Of a DNA stretch of 64,000 bases, positions 48,401 to 62,734 are shown piece by piece. This stretch comes from Antedon mediterranea (taxonomy: Eukaryota > Animalia > Echinodermata): the NCBI RefSeq assembly GCF_964355755.1, contig NC_092677.1:14344101-14408100 (forward strand), given 5' to 3'. The notes below the pieces were generated by a model. The model was not told the origin of the DNA. It worked only from the letters and a program-made list of their open reading frames with translations, and made no database searches. Each line of letters begins with the position of its first letter. The stretch's first letter is position 1. The translations under genes were made by a program, and so were the position numbers.

Positions 48401-49774
48401 ATGTTTTAGAAAAAACTTATGTTTTCACCTACTCGAATTTTTTTTTTATCTTTTTACCAATAAGACAAATTGCTATCTAAGAGCCTAGATTAATCAACAC
48501 TAAACATTTATACAGTTTTAAAGTTAAAAGTTTTAAAGTTAAGATTCAAGATTAGCGAAAATGAGCTATAAAAATAACAACAATGTAGTGAAGCTGTAGC
48601 TTGGTGGTTAACGTGCTTACCTTCCAATCACAGTGTCCGTATTCGATCCTGACCTAATGCCAGGGTTCGATCCTGACCTTTTGCGAGGGTTGTAACTCAA
48701 CTCCACCCCCTAAGCCTCCAATGATTTATAAGCACGATACATAATACATTAGTTGGCGAGTTGCTCGTTGTTGGATGCGTATAAAATTAAAAAGGATACA
48801 TAAATACGTACAATCCTATCAGCCAATCACGGCAAAATATATCGCCAACGTGATCTTATCTTGCTACTGTCAATAACGGAGAATGATGATGGGTCATGGA
48901 TGGTGGTTTAAAAAAAAATTAAGAGGACAGTTTACCTATATTCACATCTTTCATTTATTGTTTAGCCGACATCAATTTCAATAAAACTATATAAGGTAAA
49001 GTACAAAGATTGCAAGCAATATACTATAAATGGGAGTATAACACTTCAATAAAAGTAAACGTTGTCAATAAAATAAAAGGAATTAAAATAAAATATATAA
49101 AATAATGGCGACATAATTCATATGCAGTATAAATTCATATTTTGTTTCTATGTTAATTAAGCTAGGTTCTCACTAGAGTGCTAGTGGGAACAAGCTTTAG
49201 GTCTACAATAATTTCCAGTTTCCCTTCTCCAAACTACAATATTACTGATATATACAAAATACATTATTTTACGTATGGAATTGAAAGTACATTTCAAAAT
49301 GACGTTTGTGTAAATAAAAAAAAGTGTGATCTATACATTGCAATCTAACAACACAAAGCATTTTTTTTAACGATTGAGTTAAGGCTTCTGTACTTTTTTT
49401 TATTAATTATATACATAAGCTTTATATAAATATTATTCTATCAGTGTTGGATATGATTATTATTATGTCACCTAGGTAACAACTCAATGTTACTATAGAT
49501 AATATGTACTGTATAATTTCAATCAATACATTTTTATTGCCAAAAAGCAGACAGTAATAATAAGTATGGCAATATAGCTGGGTTAATGAATATAATATTA
49601 TTTATATAATCGGTTTTTTTAAACCCCTTTACAAATTAAGGAATAAAGCAGCATAAATATTAATGAGACCTTTTCTTTAATAAATTGTATTACCAACAAA
49701 CGAAAATATTATTAGAGTATGCTATATATGTTATTAATCATCTACTAAGTAGATTCAATGGTCCAACAGTTACA

Positions 49775-52335
49775 TTAATGCATCCAAAGTCAGATGGGAA
49801 CATGATATCATTGAAACTATTGATAATGATTTTATGAATGCTATCTCTCAAAATAAAATTGATGAGGCAGTTTCACATTTATGTAAAATTTTTGAATACG
49901 TATGTAAAGGAATTAAGTATACACAAACAAGTAAATCTTCAACTTCTACAAAACGAAACGAATGGTTTGATAAAGATTGTAAGAACCTTAAAATGCAGGT
50001 TAAACAATCATTAAAGAGATTTAGAATTATGCGCACTCAACCTTTTTTAAATAATTATATTCAGATAAAAAAGCAATATAAATCGCTATTAAAATGCAAA
50101 AAAAAATAACTTTCATAAAAGAATACGCAAACAAATTATCGATTCACTCAATACAAAGGATAGCAAAACGTTTTGGATGAAGTTGAAGACAAAACAGAAA
50201 TTATCTTGCGAACTTTCTATTAATCAATGTTATATTCATTTTAAGAACCTATTTAAAAACGATGAGTCTATTGGTAGCGCTGAGTTGCCAAAAATCACAG
50301 AATGCCAACAGAATGAAGACGATGATAATTTAGACCACGACATAACGTTGGATGAAATAAAAAAAGCATTTAATTCTCAAAATAGTGGAAAAGCTCCCGG
50401 CATTGATGGAATGAATTTTGAGTTTTTGCTAAACGCCCCCAACATTATTTTTGATATTTTAAAAATTCTTTTTAACGCCATTTTTTTAGTTGGAAAATTT
50501 CCCAAACAATGGGCAACAAGCTTAATCGTTCCAATTTTTAAAAATGGAGATAAAAACAAACCTGAAAATTATAGAGGTATTTCTTTAATTCCAATCCTAG
50601 GAAAAATATTTTTACATATTCTTAATTCTAGGTTAACACAATTTACAAATAGTAAAAAGTTAATTCATGAGGAACAAGCAGGCTTTCGTAAGGGATATAG
50701 AACGACAGATAATATATTCATTTTAGATACCCTCATCTCTAAATACTTAGATAAAAAGCGGGGTAGGATTTTTGTTTGTTTTGTTGATCTTAAACGTGCC
50801 TTTGACTCTATAAATCATACACTTTTACTACATAAGTTGAATTGTATCGGTGTTTCAGGCAGAATGTTACACATAATAAATTCCTTATACCAAAACTTAT
50901 CTGCTCATCTTAAAATTGGCAACAAACTTAGTCCATCTTTTAATTGTTCGATTGGAGTACAAACAGGGTTCTCCGTTGTCGTCTTTACTCTTTAATATTT
51001 ACATTAATGATTTGAGTGGTATACTTAATCAGGTAAACGATTTCATTCAAATTGGAGATTGTCATATGAATCATCTTCTTTATGCAGATGACTTAGTGCT
51101 TGTTAGTGATACGGTGAAAGGTCTCCAAAAATTAATAAATAAACTTGAACTTTATTTTGATACTTGGAAACTTACTGTAAACACTACAAAATCCAAAATT
51201 ATGGTTTTTAAAAATGGCCGCAATTTAAGGAACATTGAAAAATGGAAGTATAAAAATATTCAATTAAAAATTGTTAATTCGTATAATTATCTTGGTGTTA
51301 TTTTTAGTTCAAATGGTGCATGGAACAACTCAACGCAACATAATCAACAAAAAGCAAATCAAAGTTTATTCTGCTTAAAATCATTTATTTATCGTAACTT
51401 ATCTTTTCTTCCAATTAATACATGGAACCATATTTTTGATGTGAAAATACTTCCTATTTTAACGTATGGAAGCGAAATCTGGGGAATGTCAGATAGCACA
51501 AACATTATAGAAAAAACACATACTAAATTTTGTAGATATTTATTGCAAGTTGGAAAAAATGCACCAAATGCCGCTGTTACTTCTGAGTTAGGTAGATTAC
51601 CACTATCTTTGGATTGTTTAGTTACAGTTATAAGATTTTGGTTACATATTATTACTTTAGATCATGACAGATTCATTTTTAAGTGTTATGAGTTTCAACT
51701 TAGAAAAGTTAACGTAATGAGAATTGTTGGGCACAACAGGTCAAACACTTACTCTTTTCTACTGGTTTTGGTTATATATGGTTACAACAATATGTTAATA
51801 GTAAAGGTTTATTTTTGAGAGAATTTAAGTTGCGCTTATGTGATATCGAAAAACAAAAATGCATTCAAAAATTTAGTATACATAATAAGTTAAGGCTCTT
51901 TTCTCTTTATAAAAAAGAAATATGTTTAAGTTATCACTTGACCAACATCATTAATTTTAAACAAAGAAGATTATTAACTAAGTTACGTTTAGGGATATTA
52001 GAGCTAGAAATTGAAAAGGGCAGATGGGAGGGTGTAGAAAGATATAAGAGAACGTGTAAATTATGTAAAAAGAACATTGTTGAGGATGAATATCATTTTA
52101 TTTTGCAATGCACATTTTATAATGATTTAAGAAAAAGTTTTATTCCAAGATTTATTCGTGTTTTTCCTTCTATTAATAAGCTTTGTTTATTACTTTCCAA
52201 CAAAAATTTTACTTATAATTTAGGAAAATACGTCTACTTTGCTTTTGAAAGAAGAAACCATTATCTTAAGTTATAGTTGATTTTTATTTGTTTGTATTAG
52301 GGCCAAAGGCCAATATACTTTGAACCAATAAATTC
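49775..52335 (+). mobile_element. 5'-truncated non-LTR retrotransposon (RTE-X/L2-group-like), degenerate
   Basis: KAPGIDG, NYRGISL, EEQAGFRKG, FVDLKRAFDSI, QGSPLSSLLF, LLYADD, YNYLG and C-terminal CKLC..EDEYHFILQC; several frameshifts; AATAAA near 52327. Clade assignment tentative. Confidence 0.88.
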
Positions 52336-54212
52336 CCTGAAAAGGGAAAGAAGAAGTAAGTCTGAATTTAAGAATAGACTATACGGTATCTCACTACTTG
52401 TGGATTCGGTTCATTACTAGACACGATAGTCATAAAGATAAAGCATTTTGATAATATTTTATAATTACATTATAATCATATTGTTTTTGTTGATTTTGAC
52501 AGTAGTTGTGTTTGCTATCATAGTCGAGACACTTTACGCGCGTGTTTTAAACGTTGATATTAAAACGTGGACATAATTGTAATACACATGATCGTATCCT
52601 TGCAATTTGATTTGTTAATTACGCAACACGTGTGCCGTACGGTATTAGTTCTACATAACGGAAAAGTGATAATAATTATGATAATTAATAGACTCCAGTG
52701 CACGTTACCCGACGTGGCTATACAGTTGCCTGCAAGAAAAAGCAAATAAACAGATTCAATACTCTTATATGACAACAGAGTATAATGCCTTCCCCTTGAC
52801 TCATCTCCCTTACCCACTGACGCTGGTGCCACAGTAAACCTGATGATTTAGCCTATATACGTGATGTACATTATTGATATTTTAATGTCTTCTTTCTTTA
52901 CGTTTCATAGTCAAAATGAGAGCCCAATGTGTATTCATGCTAGCCGTGTACATGTTCACTGTTTGCTACGCAGATATCATATACACACCAACAGGAGTGA
53001 TTGATAGTAATCCATACGTGGGTACAAGTAAATTGAAAGTCGATCAGGTTCACTCTCGACAGAAACGGAATACTGATGACGGGTGGGTAAACAGCGTTTA
53101 TACAAGTGACCAGAAACAAGCTATAGCGGACAAACACAATGAACTCAGGAGTGGTGTGGATCCAGAAGCCGCCAACATGCAGTATATGGCAAGTAGTAAC
53201 AATTATTATTTACCATTCCCCTTTTTAGCTTTACAATGAAAGAAACTCCTTTCACATACCGAATACTCGACTCCTACTTACTACCAAACACCACCAGTCT
53301 AAAATTCAATTAGGCCTACTTTCCTTGCATTCGGTACTCATACAATTGAAATTGTGTTGAAAATCTACCTATGAAATCAGAAATTTGTTTAAAACTCTTT
53401 TTAATATCTTCCTAAGATAGAAATGTGGAACAATATCGTAAAAGTGAAAACTAATGTTATCAAATTTACATTTCGCGGTACATCTGAGATAGATGAAGTT
53501 TTATATAGATGACGTATTTTTAAATAAACGTATACTTTCTCTCATACACTTTTGTAATGCTCCATTTATGTCATTGTTATCAAAACAAATGTAGAAAAAA
53601 CCTAAATTTTGTTAACGTTTATAACATTTCGAATATTACTCCTCCTGACGGCTTCTTTCATGCACAGATCTAAAGATACACTATCCTTGCTTTTATGTGG
53701 ACTCTAACCGTCTTCTCAAGCCGCAGTGTTTGGCACCTAACATTAAGCACTAAACTTAACCTCTATCTTTGGATTAAATACTGTATACTAATAAAGATAC
53801 AGAAAATAAAGGTTTATCAACCATTAAGCATAAGTTGAGAACACGAAGCATTTTCCAAGTTTATAATGACTTTCTTCGTATGTTAATTTCTAAATAAAAC
53901 CTCGAGTTATCTGTATCTTCAATATGGGCCTAAATATTGAAATAACGCGCCCTCTGTCGCTGTCTGCATTTTCTCAATTATAAATTAGCCCTCGGTTTCA
54001 GAGCACTTCAAGTTATCTTTAAATTTATAAACTTTTCATATTTCACTTAAAACGATCAATATCTAAATATTGTATACATAACGTTGATTGCCTTCCTTTC
54101 TTTTGTTATGCGTTGACTGTGTTTCCAACGTTGCCGTGGAAATTATATAATTATATTGTGTTGCCATTGTTACATAATCTCGCTGTATTTTGCACTTTAT
54201 AACGTATCTTTT

Positions 54213-56384
54213 CAGTGGGAAAGCCACTTCGCGTTTTGACCGTTAAATCGTGTAAAATCGACTTACTTCCGCATTGACGATTTTGAAGCGCCACCTATCG
54301 TTGAAAACTGAAACCACGATTTTTCGTCGCCTAGCAAATAAGTGCTGTTTTATTTTAAGCTCTCATGAATATTTAAGAACCGCCCAACATTACCTATTAT
54401 GGTAAAAGCATTTCCTAATAAGTATAATTGAATAACCAATCGGTTTCTTTCAAAGAAACCGAAGCTAATACAATACATTCGGCGACTGAAGTCGGGACTC
54501 GTGAAATTTATAAATGTGGTACGATTTGACTACTGTTTTGTTGTCCATTTTCTGAATAGTCGGAGGTGCATCCCAACAAATTAAAACAATTATAATCAAT
54601 TGTTTTATCAAGAATAATATTAGTTTAATCGAGTATGATATATTTCTATCCTGTTCAAAATTTTTTGGTGTATTCTCAGGCCTCGAAAGGTAGGTACATT
54701 TTCTAGCTGTGAGCGTGGTTTCGGCAACGCGAGACACGTGTGTCAGTATAGGCGATAGCGAGACGTGTGTTGTACTGTGTTGATGCTGATCCGATAGTCG
54801 TTAAGTTGTACTGATTACGAGTATCATTGGTCCTGGCCGGCCTAGCCTGGTGATCTGATCCCCCCAAAAAAATACTTTTTTTCAATCAGTATTAATATAT
54901 TATTTGATTTATTAGGCTCAATAGATGCCTAGCTAGGCTACTAGTAGGCCTAGGCCTAGATTATAAATAATAATAGTAAATACTGTAATTTAATTAATAA
55001 AATACAGCTTCCATTTGCCTTTCTTTTATGTCCTCTCTTTTATGTCCTCATGTAATATTATAATTATATATACAACCAGACATTAACATTTTTTAAAATA
55101 ATATTTATTATTTTTTCTGACACTTTCAGGAATCGTTGATGATGCAGAGTTCTTTTTCTTTGTGACTTCAAACTGAGAGTGAAGTGGATAAAAAGATGAC
55201 ACCGGTACCTACCGACATTGTCATACCCAAACTATAATTTAATTATTTAAAACAAAATGTTGAATTACAAAAATGTATGTTGCAGAGGATTTAGATGAAT
55301 ATTACAATACAAATATTTATGTTGAATGCAAACCTACTACACTATACTCTGTAAATTATGTTATTGTCATGTGGTAGACCTTAAAAATTGAATATTTATT
55401 GTATGTTAGGCCTATTTTATATTTTATTATTATTAATACTGTATTAGTTTAATATTTATACTACAATGTATTAATTTATATTATACAGTACTAGTTTGTA
55501 CATGTTTTTACCAAAAAAAAATGAATAAATAATTTGTTATTCAATCTAATTGCTTGTTTGTTCATCAATAGCAAAACAATTGTAAGCAAGTATATAACAG
55601 TTCTTGTTAGCCGCTTATTTCAGGTCATATTATTAATATTAGCTAGGCCCGACGCGCCCGATCACAACGTCACTAAGTGACTTTCCGCCCCTGGAACAAT
55701 CGCTGGCTAATAGGGCTAGGCCTCGGACTCGTATAAAAGCTATTATAATAGTTATGATAAATATTCCTCAACTAAAATGTATACTGTGATAAATAAACAA
55801 GTAATAATATACGTTGTATTGGAATGTATTTATTTATATGAATTCTTATACGCGGACAATTATAAACATCGCGTATATCGTTCGCTATAAATAAATTCAT
55901 AAACACGATGACGATGAGTTTACAAAATGGCGGTTTCGCTAGTTTTCGATGGAACAAATAGTGGTACCTTTAGTTTGAATAGTCGGAGCTGCATCCCAAC
56001 CACCGAATTTTGTATCTTAATATCGTATTCTGTAGATTATTAATTTTTCTAACAGGGATTTTAAATTCAGGACTGTTCAATTTTTCTAAACATTTTATTT
56101 TAATGATTTTCTAGGGTACAATTTCGGAAAAAAGACATTGGTTGATTTTGCCGTTAAATTACAGATTATCGTTTTGTTCAAATACATTTAATTTTACATG
56201 ACAATATATTAAAACCATTTATGAATTTATTTCACTAACAATATTTTTCCGATAATCAGCTAAATTTACAAATATTGTGTTTTTCCAACACCCTAAAATT
56301 TAGCAATTTTCAACTAAATTAGAAAAGTAGGGCGGCCTCTCCGAGTCGAAATTTGACACGATTTGTCGACTGGCTGTCCCACTG
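54213..56384. mobile_element. About 2.2-kb non-autonomous DNA transposon in intron 1 of the CAP paralog
   Basis: Imperfect TIRs CAGTGGGAAAGCCA..AAATCGTGT / ACACGATTT..TGGCTGTCCCACTG flanked by TTTT; internal direct repeat (GAATAGTCGGAG.TGCATCCCAAC near 54554 and 55977); no ORF. Confidence 0.6.
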
Positions 56385-58147
56385 TTTTGTCAAATGTCAA
56401 AGTGTATTGCTTGGACATTGTTACAACTACTATTTTATTGTCGATGATGGTTTTACTAGAGATATTTATATTTATATTTAATTACAAAATAAAAGGACAT
56501 TCTAGAGTTACGACGGTAAACAGTTTGACGTGATGTGCCCAAATATATGATAGTGATATGCCCAAATATATGATAGTGATATGCCCAAACATGGTAGTAG
56601 CATGACATCATCATATCCATATATGGGCACAGCACATTTTATTTGTCACATAAAGTTTGATAGTGCGACAGAGCTTTACACCGATCATAGAGAACCACCA
56701 CAATTCAATTAATCTATTTTTAGAAATCGAAAATGTTCTTGACACTTTCAAATGTAAGTCTAAGATGTTTGAAGTAAGGTATAATATATTATGTATTTTA
56801 TGGATAAATTTGATGGCATGGTACTTGGAGTACATTTGATAATTACCGATAGAGGGAGACACATAACAATCCATGTGACTTAGGAAAGACATAGATTCTA
56901 ATTAATAATAATTATATGATTTTGATAGAGGGAGACACATACAATCAATGTGACTTAGGAAAGGCATAGATTTTAATGAATAATATCTGATTTTGTAATT
57001 TAGTAAACTACTGTGGAGTAGCTTTGCGTCAGGGAGTTGAGTAATCGGTCAGATGTTTTGGCCTACTCTGACGAGCTTGCGCTGATGGCTAGTGGTTACT
57101 CCACGGTAGTTTCCTACAATTACAACCCTCTTGGTGCAGTACCCGCTACTTACTTGGGCTCGAGTCCCACCCGAGAACTACTTGCAACAAAAGAAAAACA
57201 TGACTTTCCTTTAAAACCGCCACTAACATGATTGATAAACATACAGATACAGATACAAACTGAAATACAAACTGCGATGCACAATCAGGGAAGACTAGAC
57301 TTCCCTGTTCTTATGAATTGGGAAAATATTGGAAAACACTAGAATTAAATAATACATGACTACATCATTAATTTGATGTATCCAGATTTTGTAGAATCAG
57401 ATAATATTAGGAAGTTTGTTTTAGTGAATTGTAAATATATGTTTGTTTTACTCCGCACTGTTGACCAATTTGATCATAACACAGTGAAAGTGGAGGTGTA
57501 TTTAAAAGAGATATTTAATTTAAAATGTTATTAGTCATTAGACGCATGTGTAATACACATACCCTATACGTATTCCCTCACATATATTTATTTTATCATT
57601 AGGTTTGGGACGACGATCTTGCGACAATAGCTCAGACTTGGTCTGAAAAGTGCATCTGGGATCATGGACAGCCAAACAACTTCAAAACCTTGACTGATTT
57701 CAACGAGTTAGGGCAAAATCTGTGGCTTGGCGGCAGTACGGCAAACGACTCAACACCAACGGTATAGATGCAACACAGGCCTGGTACAATGAAGTGAGCA
57801 TGTATACATATGAGACAAGGGCATGTAGCGGCGTTTGTGGACATTATACCCAGGTAAGAAAATTCCATACATAATATACAGAGGGCATTATAATCTTCTC
57901 CTATTTATGACATAGTTGTAATCATGCAGAAAACTCTTATAAAGAGTGTCTGACCTTAGTTAGCGTATGGATGGACTTGCATTTGGTGTGGGTAACATAC
58001 ACATTCCTTTTTTCTAGACCTGTTTTGATTCAGAAATCATGAATAAATCATGAAATGAACCATGTCATAAATTAGGAGATTATAGAAGGAGCTAGATACA
58101 ACATTGTTATAGCGGAAAATCAACATTACCTTCTGATCGCCTAACAT

Positions 58148-58478
58148 TTAAAGATGTATTGTCCTCCTAAAAAATAATTCTTAAACAATTTTTTTTTAAT
58201 ATTCCATTTTAATGTAACATAATAGTTATCCACTTTGACCAAAAATTTTATCGGAAAAAAAATGTAATTTATAGCAAAAATGGTCAAATTGACTGCCACA
58301 ATTTATTTTTGGTTGAATCTACCCATTTATTTTGTCATTTTACAAGTGAAGACATTATTTTTTTCGGTTTTTTTTCTATGGAAGTGATTAACTTTATTAA
58401 AACTAAAAAATAACATATTCAAAGTCTGATTAAATTAGTCTTCATTTTTCATGTTTTTGGGGAACAATACATCTTTAC
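58148..58478. mobile_element. TTAA-flanked MITE family D (Kolobok-like)
   Basis: TTAA-AGATGTATTGTCC..GAACAATACATCT-TTA. Related copies near 8307-8587, 9505-9770, 22600-22825, 48130-48308. Confidence 0.6.
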
Positions 58479-59056
58479 ATCTTAACGCTCGAAATATCGA
58501 TGCTTTTAAACAGCCATTTTGCGCAATGTTTGCATTACATTTTTAGAACTGTACTTAATTAGTATTGAGATTCCTTGCTCGGTAACTTGCACCTCTATTC
58601 CATCCACATCCCCTCCCCATTACCTCAAACCACCAAATGTATGTTACTACCTGTTTGTGTATAGGTTGTTTGGGAGGATTCTTATGCAGTAGGAAGTGGT
58701 GTAAATTTCTGCAGTGAGACCGTTGAAGGTGGAGCAGAAGGTCCATCAAATTAGTGCGTGGCTTATAACGTGTAATTATGGAAAACCGTAAGTAATCATA
58801 AGATGTGTCCACACGCATGCCAAATTAATAGTGAATAGAACATAGTTAAGCTGATCGGAATCGTATCAGAGTTATATACGATGTGCGTGTTCTAGTGATT
58901 GGTTAACACCGGCGTGTATCGATCGATCAACCAAATTATTGAACAAACTTTCAACAAATGACACAAACACATACTGTAAATCTATGACACTTTCAACTTT
59001 TAAAAAATCAAACCAAAATATTACTGATTAAGTATCTTTTGCCTTGAATTCCTTAC

Positions 59057-59058
<2 letters not shown>

Positions 59059-59152
<94 letters not shown>
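59059..59152. repeat. (TA)n microsatellite
   Basis: Uninterrupted TA run of about 94 bp. Confidence 0.97.
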
Positions 59153-59155
<3 letters not shown>

Positions 59156-59242
59156 ACAACAGGCAAAGAACATTAATTCATATATATACACTGTATGCTT
59201 TGTAGATAGTTACCTTTTTGTAAATGTGTGTGTACTAATGTA

Positions 59243-59856
59243 AACTAGAGTTGAACTCGTCACTTTGACGAGTTTGTTATCCGCACGACAAACGCCACGT
59301 GCACGTCATACGTTGGAAAATTGCACACAGAAAAAGATTATAGCATTAAGACCTGAACTGAAGAATATGATATGTTGTTATTGCTGAATTCTGTCAATTT
59401 TGTGTCATATAGTATATACAATATAAACAATATTTTCTGTATACATATTACATACAGTTTAGAATAGGTGAAATTACGAGACCGCCATTTATTCCTATTT
59501 TTAACATGGCGAAGGTATCAAAATGAAACACTAAGATAGCAATTTCGGAAGGAAATTATATTAGCAACAACATATGATAATAGTGCCTATGTGCTTATAT
59601 GATAAGTGTCAATTTCAATGATCAATCATTGAAATTCATAAAATCAAGCGTAAGTCACGTTGCGCAACTTTGACGTTATTCAAAAATACGAGGTGTGCAA
59701 CTTCACGTAAATGTCCATATGCAGGCAAAGTTATGAAATGTTATGTTTACAAGTTTTTGAGATAAGTGAGACACAAAAATGGAGGAGAAAGAAAGAAGAA
59801 TAAATATAAACAAACAAAAAAAGAAACAGGACGATTACAAGGTGCGGATAACTAAT
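59243..59856 (+). mobile_element. Helentron-like non-autonomous element, second family
   Basis: AACTAG start, 5' hairpin AACTCGTCA-CTT-TGACGAGTT, subterminal inverted repeat GTTATCCGCAC / GTGCGGATAAC, GAA-rich tract near the 3' end. Confidence 0.6.
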
Positions 59857-62605
59857 TACTTTGTTAGTTGTCTTTGAATTATTTTTATTAAATTGTTATA
59901 TATTTCATATATGTTTCTCTACTGAATCACTTTGGAAATCAATGCTTTAGCACTGAAAGTGTCATTCAGTATAAAGACAGAATAATTAAATAATCTTATT
60001 GGATGTTTATCCGATGTATTTGCGGTTGAATGTAGAAAAAACCGCTGAATTGACTGTATAACTACGATAGATCAAAGAGCGTGTAAACATATAAATAAAT
60101 CTGTGTGTCGTGAGATTGTGTATCATCAGACAAATTAGTATTATTAATGTCAGAATATAATAATATCATCATTAATATTCGGATGGGACGTAAAGCATTT
60201 GGTTCCTGTGTAGGCCTACATATAGTTCACGTTAAAAACTTGGTACACTATTCGTAGAGAGTAGGAGATCTTCTCCCGGTTTGCTGATCTCTGGTAGGCG
60301 CTGCACTGCTGGCTGCCGTTGGTCCATAGAAAGCCTAATCCGAATTTCTTAAGTTTCCGGTTACGCTTTAGGACCAGTATTAGTACCTTTACCTTTTACC
60401 TTTATTCAGTGTCACCTTTACCCGTTAAATTAAGTTTTTAATGTAAATAATAATAATAGTAAATAAAATAAAGATTACAACTTACTTACTTTCTTTAATT
60501 GGGTGAGTTGACTGCCATGTATTTATGAATATAATCCACTTTTCAACTAGACCCTATTGGCCCGATACAGGAGCGAAATCAAGTCAAGCGACGATACACA
60601 TCCTGTAGCAGTATCACATCTTCTAACAGAAATCTTCATGCCATGACACAAGAATAGTGAGAGATTATTCAGAGGGTAAGGTTATGTTAATTTTGGTGTT
60701 AGATGCTTTGGCATGGGCCTATTGCCGTCAGGAGACACGGTACTACAAGCTGTGCTGTCGTTTGATATATCCGTACGAGAATCGATTGATATTTTGTCTG
60801 CTAATTGTCTAAACTGGTTTTTATAAAATGAATATGATATAATACAAATCAATACTTTACATAACTAAAACAATTAATTATTTCATTGAATTGTTTTCGT
60901 TGATTTTAGTGGTAACTACCCGAGACATCCATACGTTGCTGGATCACCATGTACGAAGTGTGCTTCTGGTTCAGGACAATGCTACAACAACTTATGCCGT
61001 ATGTTTTGCTCGTTTTTTTATCCATGCAGTATAGACTCTCCCGTAGGCCTACGCATGAAGTATTGGACAATGCCTGCCTTAGGAGGTTTAGAGATACACT
61101 ATTCATACATAAAAATACAAATTATGATATAGCAGAGGTTGCTGAATTGCCTTTCCTTTTTTGGCAGAATCCGTTAATATGTAGATCCAGCTATGATATA
61201 ATTAGGCTAAACCTGTATAATCACTTTTTTTCACAATTGATTATAAGGTTATGTGTGAGTTTTAATCAATTCGTTTAATATGCACATTGTTGAATGTCCA
61301 AAAAATAAATATTTCAGAAACATAAGCAACATATACATTTAATAACGTTATTTTTATTTATTTTGTTTTTGAATACGCAGTTACAACGATTTCCCATGTA
61401 TATAGAGGGAATAATTCATGTTATGTCTAAAAGTACAATGTTAGACTAACATGAAACATGTGTGTCATTTTAGTGTCAAATTCTTAATCAGTTTCATTTA
61501 CACTCAATTTCTATTACTATACGTACGTAGGTCCGGCTACATGGTTGGTCGGTGTTTTGCAGCAGCTACCCTAGAAGCAGCGACGAGAGATCATTTTCGG
61601 TTACCAAGTGAAAACTATTTCCAGGGTTTTCCGTCACATCATGTATATTCATGTGTGATTTCAGGCCCTCTATAGTTTCTACCTTAACCTAATAGGAAAA
61701 AATAATTCTGCCGGGCTGCGGCAAGAGACAGTGTTGAAAGAGGGCGTTTGTTTATTTGTTTGTTGATTACTTTAGCGTAGGTTAACAGATGTTATTCTAT
61801 GATCCGATAGAATGTTCTTCCTGCACCTACAGTTCCTTTAACTTTGATCCACCAGTATTATTTTGAATGAAGTTAATATTTAAAATATTTATATCTTATA
61901 GGTCCATGTTCCGATCACGACGAGGAATGTGGTAGGTTTTATCATAGCGATTGACTTATGGCTATCCTATATATTTTTTTATTTCTAGTTTCTATCCGTT
62001 AATTAATTATCGGTTAATTTTTAGCTTCGGAAACACGGCCAAAAATAGAACTGAATGGTTATTAGGTAATTCGGTGGTTATTATTCTGTTCATTGGAACT
62101 ATGGTGCATTTTTAGATGTTTTGTTAAATTGTTTAAATTATTATTATAAGATCTAGAAAATAGAATAAAAATATGCAATTGTATTTTTAACTGTTTCCGT
62201 CCATTGGAAAGATATATAAGCCTATATATATATATTGGATATATTTTGTTAGAGTAATGCTATCGTCAGGACGTGTGTGCCAATAACTTTAATTATTTTT
62301 TAAGGAGATTAGGAGGAAGGAAATTGTGAGATTGAATAACAGATTAAGTATTTTTATTTATTAATTAATTTAATTATTAATATTAAATAATAAGTATTGT
62401 TAAATCAGAGAAGAATTTTATCAAAAACTGTTAAATATCTATGAATGTGACAGAAACGTATTCATTGTCTGCATTTTTGTGAAAGTAAATTTTTATATAC
62501 AACACTACTATTGTTATCAGTAACACACAAGACATTTCACTTTATAAACGTTCACAAAATCAGAAGCAATAATTGTTATACTAAGTATATGGGTAATTAG
62601 AGTTA

Positions 62606-62734
62606 GGGCCAACTCAGACAGAGTCGTTCGACGAGGCTCGATTTGAGTTGTCTTGAGAACTCTAAACATGTTTAATTTTCTCCAGACGAGACGACTCGTT
62701 GGGCCTCGTCGTAAGACCCTGTCAGAGTTGGCCG
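62606..62734. mobile_element. Short Harbinger-like MITE
   Basis: GGGCCAACTCAGACAG..CTGTCAGAGTTGGCCG with nested inverted arms. Confidence 0.55.

Larger units (their letters stand above)
52916..61931 (+). pseudogene. Paralog of the CAP-EGF-ShKT gene; probable pseudogene (may continue beyond the window)
   Basis: Exons 52916-53188 (GC donor), 57603-57853, 58665-58787, 60910-60998, 61902-61931 match exons 1-5 of the minus-strand gene. Exon 2 is 251 nt (-1 frameshift, TAG 57765-57767); exon 3 is 123 nt (+1 frameshift, TAG 58752-58754); VGCG has become VGSG. Confidence 0.8.

Noticed and set aside
39000-49700. Short ORFs in the inter-paralog region
   Set aside because: 60-80 aa, low complexity or repeat-derived, with no consistent exon chain.
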